Source: Camelus dromedarius
Lineage: Eukaryota
Assembly (NCBI RefSeq): GCF_036321535.1
Contig: NC_087437.1
Location: 66,590,001 to 66,654,000, forward strand
Length of the DNA stretch: 64,000 nucleotides
Reading direction: 5' to 3'
In this document: positions 36,681 to 50,257 of the stretch, one piece after another
Layout: each line of letters opens with the position of its first letter
How positions within the stretch are numbered: the first letter of the stretch is position 1
The notes under the pieces: generated by a model
Databases searched by the model: none
The model's input: the letters and a program-made list of their open reading frames with translations, nothing else
What the model was told of the DNA's origin: nothing
Translations under genes and position numbers: made by a program

Positions 36681-39030
36681 CTTGTAATCCTAGAATGTCC
36701 CACTCCTCTCTGGTGACATCATCCTAACAGTGTGATTCTGAAAAAACCAAAAAGGGTCTATTTTATACTAAATAATTAACTCATAAAATATAGCAACACT
36801 CCTCCCACCCTCACCATACACACAGTGTCAGGGAACCCACTGAGTGTGCAGAAATGACTACTGTCCTTCCTGTGGCGGCTGAGTGCCTGTGTGTGTGGCA
36901 TCTCCCCCATCCCGAACTGCACAGACACTGGGGCTCTCAAAGCTGGTACTGCCAACACAGACTGGGTGAGCAGCCTGGTTCACGGTGATACCCCAGGACC
37001 TGCTATCCCTCTGGCAAGAAAGGTTAAGAAGGATTACCGCTTCCCCAACACCCCATCCTTTCCTTATTAAGGGGTAAGCCCATCTGGTGGCACCCTGCAG
37101 TGACTCTGGTCTCAGAGCATTTTCACAGACTCCTTGGTGACTGGGACATAGCTAGAGAAGCAGTCCTTCATCTCTGCCCTGTCTATACTTTTTCATTTGT
37201 TGTGTTTTATGAGCGAATAGTAGGAGGAGGGATTAAGTGGGTTTAGGTAGACTCAGCACTAAATTGGAGGAGGGCTGTGGTCCATCTCAGCTCATGGGGT
37301 TAGTAACAGGACTCACTGCCAAGAACCCACAAGAGGACAAGAGAGCACTGTATGCTCCCTCCCCACAGAGGAAAACATCAGATGCTGGGTTCCTTCTATC
37401 CTTCTTGGTTGTTTACTATGGACACAGATTGTAATGTTGACAGGCAAGGGTTTACCTGCAGTAGATAACTGCAATGTGAATAAAAGCTAACTTACGTAAG
37501 TTTTAGGAATTTGATTCTCTGGGCTGAGTTTGATATGTTATGTGGCTTCTTCCTTCCCCAGCAGGTATCACTCACTAATCAAGAAAGTTTCCTGCGGTTC
37601 TGCTTCTCTCTTCTCTGATTACCCTGGAAGCCCTAGGAGGGCCAGGTCTGCTAACGTTGGGTGGGTGACACTGGCAGTGAAATCCAGCCTGCGTGGGTGC
37701 ATGATATGGCAAACAACACATGGCCCCTGGATGCTGTGTCGGGGGAACTGGATCCAAGGCCCGGCCCTATTGCTTACCACCTATGTCGCCCTGCCTAAGT
37801 CGTTGAACCTCTCTGTATCTCAATTTCTTTATCTATAATCAATAACCCCAAACGTCACCTCATAGAACGTGATGAGGATTACATGGGGTAACAGAGAGAA
37901 AATGCTTTGTGTGAAACGTTGCTCTATATGAGAAAAGTAATATTGTTAGAAAAATGATTATTTGGAGAAGATTCTCTGTCCATGCTGGTGCCTGCCTGGC
38001 AGGGGTTAAGGGTGACCACTATCCTAGTGAGCACTGCTGAGGCCGAGGCAGGCCAATAGTGCTGGGCAATGGGAGCCCAATGACACGAGGCCTGAGAGTG
38101 ACTGAGAGCAGGAGCTGCCAAGTGGACTACCAGGTGGGCAGCCTGGACCCCCAGGAAAGGAGGGTCCCAGCTTTGACGCTCAGAATGGAAGGCTCAGAGC
38201 ATGCCTGAGGTGTTCTTTCCTTCTGTGTTTCTCTGAGGTTTTTGAACAGACATGGCCATACTTCTAGGGGCATGGAGTGGAGGTCTCACAACAAATATGA
38301 AACAGAAAAATTCTGGCTCCATGAATCTCCCTCAGCAGGGATCTTCAAATGCCCTTGACGTCCAGATACTCCTCAGGCTCCCTGCAGCTGGAACTCCTGG
38401 TTGTGCAGATAGGGAGGAGCTGGCTCAGGCCGCAGCAAAGCTGCCCTGAAGCTGGAAGTAGAAGTGGGATGTCTGGTCCCCACAGCATGGCCTCTGACCT
38501 GGACAGAGTATCCCCCCTCAGGCTGATCTCTGAGAGGCAGCAAGGACCCAGGAGTAACTGAGAAAAACAGCTGTAAAAAGTAGGTTCCCAGAAGAAGGAC
38601 AGAGACGCGAGTGTGGAGGCAGGTGGTGGTGTGGAAAGAGTGGAGATTTTGGAGTCAGAAGACCTGGAGATGAATCCTGACTTTTTCACCCACTTTTGCA
38701 GTCTTGGGCACATCACCGCTCAGGGTTGGGTTGTCAAATGAGTTGATGTATGTGAAAAGCCTATGGTTGACTCTTGTAACCCACTTTATTCCTAAAAAAA
38801 TAGCCATGAATTCTCTCTGGTATGAAGTTAGAAACACCCTCATCTCATTTCCCAAATGCTCCCATTGACAGAAGGAAGGGAATTACTACTTATTGAGTTC
38901 CAGTCACTGTGCTGGTGATTGCCTGTGTAGTACGTATTTTATTTCATCCTCACAATTGATTCTTTGAAATAGGTACTGTTATTGTTCCCATTTTCCACAT
39001 AAAGATATAGAGTTTCAAAAAGATGAAGGA

Positions 39031-39076
39031 TACAACATTGTAAACTGACTATAACTCAATAAAATTAAATTAAAAA
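39031..39076 (+). mobile_element. Ultra-short L1 3' tip with TSD, nested in a reverse MIR
   Basis: tacaacattgtaaactgactataactcaataaaattaaattaaaaaa. TSD aaaaagatgaagga 39017-39030 / aaaaagatgaaaga 39077-39090. Confidence 0.8.
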
Positions 39077-39975
39077 AAAAAGATGAAAGAACTTGCTCCT
39101 GATCACACAGCTGGTAAGTGGAGAAGCTGAGATTCAAATCCAGGTTTGGGTGACCACAGAGTCTGAGCTTCGGGCTCCATCTCACACTGCAACAGTCCTT
39201 CTAGTACCAGGAAGTTATGGACACAAAGATCAAACACTAGACACCAGCTTATCAGAAGATCAGTTAGAATTGGGATGGTCATATAATTTCCCGTCCAAAC
39301 CAGCATACTTCTGTGCTGAACACGACAAACCAGACAGGGTCAGGATAATAAATCAGGAAGTCAAGATGCCAATAGCACAGGAAGGAGGATGGTTCAGCTG
39401 TAATGTATTTCAGAGATTCTAAGACACCCTGATCTCTCACATCAATATCTTTTACAATCGTTGGCATCTTAGCTTCAATGAAATGCAGTGGTCAGGAACC
39501 ATGGTGAACAGTTTGGTATATGTATAGGCCAGAAGGTGGGGTTCAGTATTTCTCATGGACTCTGACCTAGGAAGACTGCCAGAGTGGGAGACACACAGGA
39601 CAGGCACCAAGGAGGGGAACATGTATGCAGAATGGAGGAGTCCAAAAGGTACCCCCAAATGCTACTCTAGAGAGAACCCACACCGGAAGGCAGACTTCCA
39701 TGGCGGGATGGGGAGGAACTAGGATTGGTATACAGACAGTAAAGTAAGATGCCCCCAAGTTCTCATCTGTAGAGCAATGTGTTCTGAAAAGTTCTGGTTC
39801 TGTCTAATACCAGTAGCTGCTGCCCCCCACCTCTCCCATCCCATGACATTTTTGCCTCAGTTCTTCAGCTCCCACCTCGGCTACCATGCTGGACTGGACA
39901 CTGTCCAAGCCGGAGCCCTGGACTCAGCCGGGCAGCACACTGGCAGAGCTGAGCCTTGTGTTTCCCCCTACTCAC

Positions 39976-40065
39976 CACAGTATGGAGCCTTGGAAGTGGT
40001 CTGGAGGTAGACCTTCACTTCCTTGGGAAGTGGTTCTATCTTGACACCACCTTGTTCCACCAGCC
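39976..40065 (-). CDS. PLA1A: PLA1A exon 8
   Basis: Encodes GLVEQGGVKIEPLPKEVKVYLQTTSKAPYC. Donor G|GTGAGT; 90 nt. Confidence 0.96.
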
Positions 40066-41429
40066 CTGGAAAGAAAGACGCAAAGACAGCAGAGCCCTGA
40101 GGCCACATATTGATTAACTCCTGCACCCATTCATTCCACAGACAACTCCACTGTATGCTTGTGATGTGCTATGCCCTATAGTGAGTCCTGGGATACATGC
40201 AACTCTGTCCAGATGGGGGTAAATAAACAAGTATACAGCAAATACATTCTTTACATTATCTGGCCCATTCCCAGGAGGTTATTTGTCACAAATCTGAAAC
40301 GATGTCTCCATCTTGCAAAACAATCTACATGACAATTGTTTTAATGGCATCTGTATCCTGTGCACTGGAGCACAGGGAAGTATTTGGCTTGAAGAACAGG
40401 GGTTGACAAGTCGGAGAAAGGCATTCCAGGCAGAGAGTACAGTTTGGGTAGAGGCACAAAGAGTGAGGAAACATGAATACTCTAGGCAGTTCGAGTAGTT
40501 AGCGTTCCTGGGGTGTCTGGAGAAAAGAGAAAGTGTAGTGAGAGATGAGGCTGGGCAGACAGTGTGAAGTGGTTGTTACACCATCTGGTCCATCACATTT
40601 GTGGGAAATAGTGACATATGCCCGATAAGTAGGAAGTAAATGTTGATTTGCTTTATTATGGGAAACTACCTCTACCTTAACATGTTGTCAAGCTGATATT
40701 CATTTCATTCATATAAGCAATGACAGGCTGCTGCAGTGCTGAGTGGCAGCCAGGAATGGGAAGTGGGATAGCAAAGAAGAAGGAACCATTTACACTACCA
40801 AAGAGTTTTTTTCTGGAGCCCTTCAGGCTAGATGACCTCAGGATATTCACAACAATGATCCGCACAGGGTAAGTTGAGGCCAAATCCCTCAGCCTTCCCA
40901 ATCCCTTCTCCTCAGACTAGATCATCCAGGAATGTGCCCAGACCAATCAACAATTAAGAACTCTTCCAGTTGGCATGTGGCCTCATGCCTCTAAGGTGGG
41001 CCACGGGTGCCAGTCTTGGGGATTCCCCTGTAGCTCCTTGATTTAGAGTCCATCAGGAATTGTAGAGTGGCTAGCCTAGCAAGGAAGACTTCTGGCAAGC
41101 ATCTGGTCTGAGATTGGGTGCAGGGGCTCTGGACTATACCAATGCTTCTAGAGAGCATCCTGAGGCTGGACTTGCAGGCCTGAGGCTGTATGTGTGTGAA
41201 GGGTGTGTGCAGAGCGAGTATGGCATCACGTTGCTGTACAGAGGGCAAGGCGTGGGACACAGAGAGCTAAATGCCACCTTACAGGTGAGAACAGGCTAAA
41301 CAACTCATTGCTTAAATTTTAACCCAACTTGGATAGACTTTTTAATCACAGGAGATCAGGACTTAAAGAGGTGACAAGACTTGAACTTTTCCCAAATTGT
41401 CAAAGGAAGCCAAAGGGGTAGCATTTTAC

Positions 41430-41597
41430 CAATCCTTGGACAGGAAAGCAGAAAAGGGTTGAAACAATCCAGACAGTGTCCAGCAAGGAAGGCCTTATAG
41501 CTGGTACAAGGGAAGGCCATCAGTGGACAGGAATTCTCCAGTACGCTGATGTAGAGGTGCACAGCCCTCATGTGATCACAGATCAAATAACTGTAGC
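41430..41597 (-). CDS. PLA1A: PLA1A exon 7 (catalytic His259; closes the short 12-residue lid C244-C257)
   Basis: Encodes GYSYLICDHMRAVHLYISVLENSCPLMAFPCTSYKAFLAGHCLDCFNPFLLSCPRI; 168 nt. Confidence 0.97.
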
Positions 41598-43333
41598 CTG
41601 AAGAGGGCGAAAAAACACAACCAAGGTTTCGGTTCAAGACAAATGGAAACTCCCTCCATGTCACTTACTGTAACTCTATTGAATTTTATATTCCAACAGG
41701 CTATAAATACATGGGATGTCCCCTGAGCCACATTTAAAAAAAAAAAAAGAATGAACATGGTTACAACACTCTCCCTTTTCCTTTTAATTTTCCTGGGATA
41801 ACTAAGTTTAATCTACCAAGAAAATTGCTTAATTTGAGACCCATTCTTCCATGATCATGCAAGCTCTCTTTCAGAAAATGGGAGCATACAGAGTTGGCAA
41901 TCCTGACCCCACTTCTCAACATGGGTATCTGCCTGCACACTTTTACCTTCTTCAGCATCACCCACACAACCAATTTTTTAAAACCTCATTCTACCCAACC
42001 TAGCAACAAGACAATCAAGAGAGTCAGCAGCAGTTCACGGTCCATCTCTGAAAGCCAGTGTGCTGAGGTCCACCTTGCCAAATAACTGAAACACTGAATT
42101 TGCCAAATGTCCCAATTTAACAAACATTTGGTTTTCTTGTTATTGTTGACTAATTAAAAATTTGTAAAAATTCACCTTGGATGAATTTGCCAGGGCTAAG
42201 AGGTCTATAGTGAACCATAACTCCAAGGAAGAGTCTTCAGACTCTTCCATCACCTTGAGACCCCCTCTCTGTGACCAGCAACCAAATGTAAGCTTTGTGT
42301 TGACTTTCCTTTCCCCCGTGGTTGGACACACTCTACAGCCAACCTCCTACTATCTGCAACAGGGAGCTGGGAAACACAAACTAAACCCTTCTCAAATTGT
42401 GTTATGAAGAAAAAATGAAAAGTGGCCAACTAAAATGTCACAGAAATTTTCAAGAGCCATTAAAACAAAACAAAACCATATCATCTGATCAGAATTGCTG
42501 AAAAATTTATAAACTGTTAAAAGAAACATGTTTTTGGAAAATCAGTAAATTTGGTAACTTGGATTAGTGGATACTCAACAAAATTGTCAAAAGAATCCTT
42601 AATGTGTTAAAATTTTGGTAAAGCAGGAAAAGACTAAAAACACAGTAAACAGAAATCAAGATAAAATTCCTGTATGAAATGTTGATAGGCTGGTTATAGT
42701 CATAAGAAGACTATAAGAAGACTAAATAACTTTAATGCTTAGCTTTTGATACATTTAATATTATTTAAAATTAGGCTAAGAAGAATATAGTCAATGAATA
42801 TATCAGAAAAGGACATTCCAGAAGAATATATTTAAAATAGAAGAAATATATATTCATTGAATGTATTCAGGAAGATTATCCTGAAAACAATTTTGAAGAA
42901 CTTAAATTCAGTAAGTTTGGGGAAATAGTGAGGTAGGAATTGATCCTTCAGGTAGCTAGCTTTGGCATATCAGTCTGCTTCTGCCATAGTGAGGCTCTTC
43001 AGAGGATGTAGCTAGTGTGAACTATGCCACAAAGGATGGCCGAGGAAGAGTAGTAGTTATTGGCTTCAGTGATGTTAGATCACAGCAGGGCCTAAGAAGT
43101 GGGAAGGGCAGCCTAAATGTGGAGCAGGCTCTTCATTTCAAGCACTCCTCCACCAGAATTCCTGGGCTCGAAAGACATCCATTCAGTAAGTGCTGAGTAA
43201 GTCTGATGGGATAGAGAAAAGGACACTGTAAGGAAGGCTCACTGTGGCCCACATTGGCTGACTCAACAGGAAGGCTGTTGGCAAATTACAGTCTCTGAAG
43301 TAGTCAAACACCAACACTTTCTGGCCTCCTGAC

Positions 43334-43423
43334 CTGCATGAATGAAGATGGGACAGCCAGGTTGGTCTTGGCCTCCGTTGACGAAGTAGTCCACATGTCC
43401 GACAGGAATCCGAATACCCAAAT
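43334..43423 (-). CDS. PLA1A: PLA1A exon 6
   Basis: Encodes [30 protein letters not shown]. tttcAG acceptor, CAG|GTCAGG donor; 90 nt. Confidence 0.96.
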
Positions 43424-44049
43424 CTGAAAGGAGAACCCTGTTACCTTCTCACTGCAGGGGCCCATTTTCCAGGTCCCACAGCAGGGCTCACTGGCAGCAG
43501 AGCCTGAAGGCTGACCTTGGGGACCCACCCCCTCTCTGTGCTGAATGGGTGCTCACTTCACTCCTAAGTGCTGGGAGACTGCAGAATGAGCCCTCAGATT
43601 GTTTTCAAAAGGGGTTTTGCCATGCTTAAAGGAATAGAAGAATAAATTCGTAAGAAGATACTCATTTGCCTAATAAAATCAAGAAAAATATCCTTAACAT
43701 AAGTTTTATGAATCAGTAAATGTTATAAGCTTAGTAAATTTCCTTGTTGAATAGTTTCTATTTTGCTTCAAGCAACAGTTCAGATATGTATGTCTGGGGT
43801 CACATTTATAGTCTCTCACACATTTTTGTATTTTTCTGACTGAGCAGAAATATAATCTGGCTATAAAGAGATGACTTTTAGAGACTGTAGATCTTATCTC
43901 ATCATTGTAACCATATCTGACCCTCAGACTGGGTCAGATTCAGCTGCCAAAGACCCCGATTTCCTCCTTCACATTATCTATCACTATTGTAAGCAACTGA
44001 TTGTGTATTATTTGTTTAATGTCATCTGTCCTGGGGTTAAGCAATAACC

Positions 44050-44755
44050 CATCCTTGCCCAGCATCTGTCCCATCAGCTCTACCTCCAAAATACATTTTG
44101 AATCCTTCTACTTCTCTCTGTCTCTCCTGCCACCACCTTTGCCTAAGCCACTATCATCTCTTACTCAGGCCATCAGTCACCCTCTAACGAGCCTCCAGTC
44201 TTCCCTTAGTGCCCACCTGCAGTCCATTCTCTGCACACCAAGCCACAGTAATCTTTTAAGGATATCCAAATTGCCACCAACTTCTCACTGATTGTAAAAT
44301 AAAATTTAAACTCCTTGCCGTGGCCAGCCTGGTCCTGCTTCCTTTTCTCCAACCTATTCAGCACATTACTCACTGCACTCTAACCACACGGTTCTCTTTC
44401 CTGCCCCACTCACAACAAAGGGCTTTTGTTTTGCTGTCTTCTCCACCTAGAATGTTCATCTCCCAGCTCTTCCCAGTGCTGACTCATTCTCATTCGCAGT
44501 CTCACTTCTCACCTCCTTGGAGACACTTCTCTCAATAATCTTATTTGAAGTAAACCTCGCACCCCATGCCAAGCCACCCTTTGCCAATATCCCTCATTAC
44601 CATAATCACAGAGTGGAATTGTTTACTTGTATATAGGCTCCACCACAACAGGGCCTTTACCTGTCCTTTTTCTGCTCTATCCCCAACACCAGCATAGTAC
44701 CCAGCACATGTGAGTGCCAAATGCATATTTATTGAATGAATAAGTGAATGAATGC
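44050..44755 (+). mobile_element. L2 LINE 3' remnant
   Basis: ctctacctccaaaatacat...cagtccattctctgcac...ends atatttattgaatgaataagtgaatgaatg. Confidence 0.8.
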
Positions 44756-45875
44756 TTGCTCAATTAGCCTGTAAGTTCCACAAGGGCAGAGATCTTATTT
44801 GGTGTCTTTTGCATTACATTATTCTCAGTGCCTGCTACATAGCTCAATAAAGACCAACTGAATAAATGGAATGATTTTTAAAAAAATCACATTAGGAAGA
44901 GGCTCCAACTTTGAAGGGGACTGAGAGGCCCAGCTCAGGTAAATGGGACCAATGAGTCATCTATTTAGCAAATTCAGGAACAAAAGGGTTAACCTTGTCA
45001 ATTAACATGGTTAATTAACTTAATAGCTAAGCAGAGGACTATGGGCTTTGGTTTCCTATCTGTGAAATAAAAGTGGGAAAGAGGGTTGAATAACATGACG
45101 GCATGAGCTTACTCCAGAATCATAAATCTGTGAGTTCTGGATGCTAAGAGAAAGCTTCTGATCAGATGGAATCAGACATGGCGATCTCTCACTTGAACTG
45201 CAAATTCTTCTGGTCAGAGACAGATGTAACTTCTCTTACCCAACGTGCTGAGCACAAGACCTGGCACCAGATTCTGTGGGTGTTTGACATCCAGTAGAAA
45301 TGAGGAAGAATGCTCACCCCCTTGTCCAGTTGATCAGAAGAGCTTAATTTGGTTATGATGGATTCAGAGTTAGGGGTTCTTGCCTTGGCCTGTCACTATT
45401 GGAGGAGGCAATTCTCATTCTTCACTGGATGAGGGCTGGTTGGCTCATCCTCTGGGGAGGAGGCAAATCCTGACTAGCAGCAGCCTCTGCCCCAGGAGTG
45501 GAATGCCCCAGTTTGCTGGGGCCAGGCATATTTACCCTGAAACAAGCATTACGAATTTCCCGTATGTCTGCCAGGCAGAAGCACCCTCCGAGCACTACCT
45601 CATCAAGAGGTTCAGTGTTGAATCACAAAGAGACTCATGACCAAAAAACAATTCTGGTCCACAAATGAGAATCCTGCCTGCTGCTGGCTAAAAATGAAAT
45701 AATTCATCTCAGTCTTCAGAAAACGACAGAGCTGGAAGAGACTTTCAAAATCATGCTGGTAAACTCCTCACTGTGGAACAGAAGCTCAGAGGGAAAGGGC
45801 CTCTTCCCAGGACCACACAGACAAATGTCAGCCTCCAAGGCCCTTCCCTCTGGTCATTCCCCGACCCCTGCTCAC

Positions 45876-45977
45876 TGTCTGTGTCTGTGTGGATGGCTTC
45901 CACGAAGAGGGCATCCCCAGCATCCAAGCGCTCCTCTAGGCTGGCTCTGGTATACTCCGGTCCAGCGGGGTCCAGGC
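45876..45977 (-). CDS. PLA1A: PLA1A exon 5 (catalytic Asp189)
   Basis: Encodes [34 protein letters not shown]. Donor A|GTGAGC; 102 nt. Confidence 0.97.
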
Positions 45978-46975
45978 CTGCAAGGACAGACATGTCAGGG
46001 GCCTTTCTTCTCAGCTGCAGGAACCCTCATGGGCTCACTGCCAACACACCAGCTCTTCCAGTTCAAATTAGAGCCCCAAAAAGACCCAAGGCCCAAGGGA
46101 GAGAGACATAGCTCAAGACCACCTTTCCCAGGAAACTCTACTCTATTTCTTTAACTTCTCAGTGACCTAGTTTCTCTGGCTCTAAAATGAACCTGCTAAC
46201 ACCAACCATGTGGTAAGGATTAATGTAATATTAAGCCTCATATAGTAATAACAATAGCTATAACTTTTTGAGTAGTCGCTATGTGCCTAGCTTTGTGCTG
46301 GGCAGTTTTACACATTCTAGTCCTTACAACAACACAGTATAGTAAATATTAGTCTCCCCATGTTTTAGCTTAGATCCCTTTCCCTCTTCCTCCCAAAAAG
46401 CAGACCCTGAGACAAGGATTTAAAGTGCAAGTAGCTTATTTGGGAGAAGATCATAGAAGGCATAGTGAGGGAAGTCAGAAAATGGGAGAAAATTTTAATG
46501 AACAGATTATCATTTTGGGTCTCATTCCACTGAGGTCCCTCTGAAGTACTCTGTAGAATATGACTCAGAATTGTCCCACTGAAGTGCCAGGAAGCCAGGG
46601 TACTAACCACGCAGCTCTAGTCCCTTATTGAGGGTAGCTCCTGAAGCATAAAGTTCACAGAACTTTGCAAGTATTTAGCAAAACACAAGGTAAATTTCTA
46701 TAGTGGACCAAGGAGTTATGAGCTGTTACAACCCATTTTACAATTGTAGAAACTAATGCTCAGAAGTACATGGCCTTTAACACTGACATTAGAGATTATG
46801 CAATGATAACAGTACATTTTATCCAAAAGAGCTACAATAAATAAATTTCAGTGATGACAGATGACTCAGTTACAAGAACAGAGGCCCAACACCTCCCTCT
46901 GCCTGCCTCAGCAAAGGCTCTTCCAGGGCATTCTCTACCTCCAAACCCGAGAGGATGAGCAGGTAAGAACATTAC

Positions 46976-47084
46976 CTGTGATCCGTCCCAGTTGGCCTTT
47001 GTAGAAATGTCCCACCATGCCCGCAACGTGGGCCCCCAGGCTGACACCAATGATGTGGACTGAGGACTGTGACACACCCAGAGC
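46976..47084 (-). CDS. PLA1A: PLA1A exon 4 (lipase GxSxG motif, catalytic Ser165)
   Basis: Encodes [36 protein letters not shown]. Donor CAG|GTAATG; 109 nt. Confidence 0.97.
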
Positions 47085-47484
47085 CTAGAATGGGCATTTA
47101 CAGTGAGTTGCATTTGGACCACAGCAGCTCCTAGCCTTATAAGGGTAACATTTTTTCCTGAGGCACCAGAAGCACAGAGTCCTGGGCACGACACACCAGC
47201 CACACATGTTTTGGGAAAAAAGTACAGAATCCTCATCCACTTGCCCTCTCCTTGGGCTTCCTACCTTGACAACCCACTCACTTTCCCCTTGGTACCCAAA
47301 GTGTGTGAGTGAGGACCACCACCACTCTCTCTTGAGCAACTAGTTGAGATTTGAACCAAAGACCCACAAGCTATGAGGTAGCTCTGCTTCCATCCTAAAA
47401 CTCCTCCTCATGTGTCATTTCTTTCTTTTTGACCCCTCTTCCCCATAGGCAGCCAGAACTCACCCTAAGCTCTTCTACACCTAC

Positions 47485-47662
47485 CAGGAGTTTACTGAGG
47501 AAACGAGAGATCTCGAGTCCCAGCTTAACCACATTTTCCACGGCTGAGAAGTAGACACCTGTAGAGCCATAGACCCAGTCCACGGCGACCACATTAGCAT
47601 CTGTGGCCTGCAGAAGGGCGCCGATGAATTTATCAATCCAGGAAGGCTTTGTTCCTAAAGCC
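47485..47662 (-). CDS. PLA1A: PLA1A exon 3
   Basis: Encodes ALGTKPSWIDKFIGALLQATDANVVAVDWVYGSTGVYFSAVENVVKLGLEISRFLSKLL. AG/GT flanks; 178 nt. Confidence 0.96.
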
Positions 47663-49377
47663 CTAATGTGGGGCCAAGAAAGGATAGGAAAATTACCTGC
47701 CTAGCCTATATCCGTTATTGTGGAAATTACAATGACATTTCTATAAACAGGAAAAAATGTCACAAGTGGCAGGGGGCAGTGGGGGGGCAGGTTATGGGCA
47801 CTAAATCCTATAGCACTTTGAGCATAAGGAAGACATAATCGCAAAGTTACCAGAGCTCCTACTTGCACACATGCAGCCTATGAGTAAATTATAAAAGGAT
47901 GCCTTTGTTCCAGGTGGATGCAGCCTTGGTTCAGGCCTCAGAGCTCAGATAAAAGTTCAGCCCCACCAGCCCTCAGTCAGGTACCTCCATGCAATGCATA
48001 AACCACACAGACCATATGTACCAACCCTGCTTGTGCTACTCATGGAATAGAAAAGGTAGCTTTGTACCTTAGAGTTAAGATTTACGATCTTAATTATCAT
48101 TCCATAATACAGGCACTTTCCTTGAGGATGTTTTCATTCACTTGTTTATTCATTCATCCTTTCATTCATTCAACAAGTGGGTCAGGCAGTATGCTAAGTG
48201 CTTTGTGAGAAATAAAGAAAAATAAGACATATTCAGAAAGCCTCCCCAAGAGATTGGGAATGGGAAAGAAGTCTTCTCAAAAGCCCAGAGAGCATGCTCA
48301 TGGGACAGAGGTGCCCAGATGGGGTGTGTGCCATGGAACATGGCTTTGGGAGCATCTGGGAGCAGACAGTGGGACGAGGCTGCTGGGCTCTCCAGCTCCA
48401 CTTGCTCTCTCTGGGTTGAGAGTACACACTCAGTCTCAAATAGTGCCCGAATACACAATTTGCTAGAGGAGAGATTTTGGCACAAGAGTGAGAAGGGATG
48501 CCTAAGGAAAGATGTGGCTGGGTCCCTGGAGTCAGGGATTTGAGAGGCAGAGAGAACCCAAAGATGAGAAAACCATGATCCTTTGTGCAGTGCCTCACTG
48601 CCCACATCTTCACCGAGTGCTCCCAGCTCCAGCTACTCCAGAGTACCACTGTGTCACCCCATGTTCTCCCTGTTTCCTCCCAGCAACCTTTCTCTGTTTC
48701 TGGCTTTGTCAGTGGGCTTTGGAGAGAGAATATGATGGAAGGAAGGATGGTGACTGAATTGAGACTCAGGAGACAATATATTACAACAAAATTTGGACTG
48801 TAGGGCATCAAAGAAGTTGAAGAAAAGTATATAGCGCCTGAGAAATGCTAACCTCTGGCAATGATGGAAACAGTACTCATAAGTGGAAGTTTCTTAGGTC
48901 ATGAAACCCAGGAAGAAGTGAAGAAGAGGAAATAAAACCCTGGATAAAAACACCACGATGTTACCCTGAGCGATTGCACAAAACCTGTGACCTCATTGGT
49001 TGAGATGAATCATGTAGCCCCCGCTTCAGGGAGGAAAGGATCACTGAGACCATCTCTACAATATCCCTTTTACTCAGATATGGAAACCAAGGCTCTGTGT
49101 GCTGGAGTGACTTGTCCAGGGTCACACATATTTACTGTTTGAGAGTGTGTAGATGAGACTGAGCAGAGGAGTAACATATATGACTAACGAGAAAGAACAA
49201 CCCAACGTCTGATCATGTTTATCCAGAGACATTTTCAAAGTCAGCAGGAGGTGAGTGATAGGGTGAGTGACAGGCAATAAATCCATTTCTCCTCTTGTTC
49301 CCCACTAACTTCCTATGGCATTGTGGTCATTTTCTAGTTCTCAGCTGAGGTGCTTCTATTGGTTGGCTGGCTCCCAC

Positions 49378-49579
49378 CTGAATCCATGGATAACCAGCTT
49401 GGTTTCTAGAGTGGCATTGAACCCAGTGTTTTGGATGTCACTACTTTCTTCCACTAGCTGCCCACAGCTAGGATCTGACATGGTGAAGAGGAGAAACTGG
49501 ACTCTGAGACTGGTGCCTCGGAGGAGATTTGCATTCTGGAAGTCAGTACACTTTGTCTGTGGGGTAGGAGGTACATCTC
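49378..49579 (-). CDS. PLA1A: PLA1A exon 2
   Basis: ctAG acceptor. Encodes DVPPTPQTKCTDFQNANLLRGTSLRVQFLLF...FNATLETKLVIHGFR. Donor AG|GTGGGA; 202 nt. Confidence 0.96.
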
Positions 49580-49843
49580 CTAGAAGAGAAAAGAAACAAA
49601 CAAAAAAATAAAAAACCAAGAAATATCCAAGGTGAAGCCTGTTCTTAAAAGGAAGAAAGAAAGAAACCGGGGCTTACAGGCATTCATTATAAATTAGCTA
49701 GTATAATAATCAGCTCATTTATCAAAGGCATCACTTCTGTAACCAAAATTTGTGAATATTTTTCATGTCTAAAGATAAAATACCAGAGCAGAATATGAAT
49801 ATTGCTCAACTGAGAAGATTTAAGGCCATGGTTAAATTAATAT

Positions 49844-50257
49844 TATTATGGGCTAAATTGAGGTCCCCCTGTAAATTCATGTGTTGAAGTCCTAACCCCC
49901 AATAACTCAGAATGTGACTATATTTGGAGACAGGGTCTTTACAGAGTTAATTACATTAAAATGAAGCCATTAGGGTAGACCCTTATCCACTATGACTGGT
50001 GTTCTTACAAGAAGAGGACATTTGGTCACAGCAAGAGAGGAAAGATGATGTGCAGCCACGTGGAGTAGACAGCCATCTCCAAGCCAAAGAGAGAGGCCTG
50101 GAATGGCTCCTTCCCTCACAGCCCTCAGAAGGAACAAACCTTACTGTCACCTTAATCTCAGACTTCTAGCCTCCAGAACTGTGAGATGGCAAACTTCTGT
50201 TGTTTAAACCACCCAGTCGCTGGCACTTCGTTATAGCAGCTCTAGCTAAATAATACA
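49844..50257 (+). mobile_element. MLT1B-like MaLR solo LTR (~414 bp)
   Basis: tattatgggctaaattg...aattcatgtgttgaagtcctaaccccc...ctcagaatgtgactatatttggagacagggtcttt...cttctagcctccagaactgtgag...ttatagcagctctagctaaataataca. Confidence 0.9.

Noticed and set aside
48162..48811. 147- and 192-aa ORFs in PLA1A intron 2
   Set aside because: No recognisable domain; non-ATG starts; consistent with chance.
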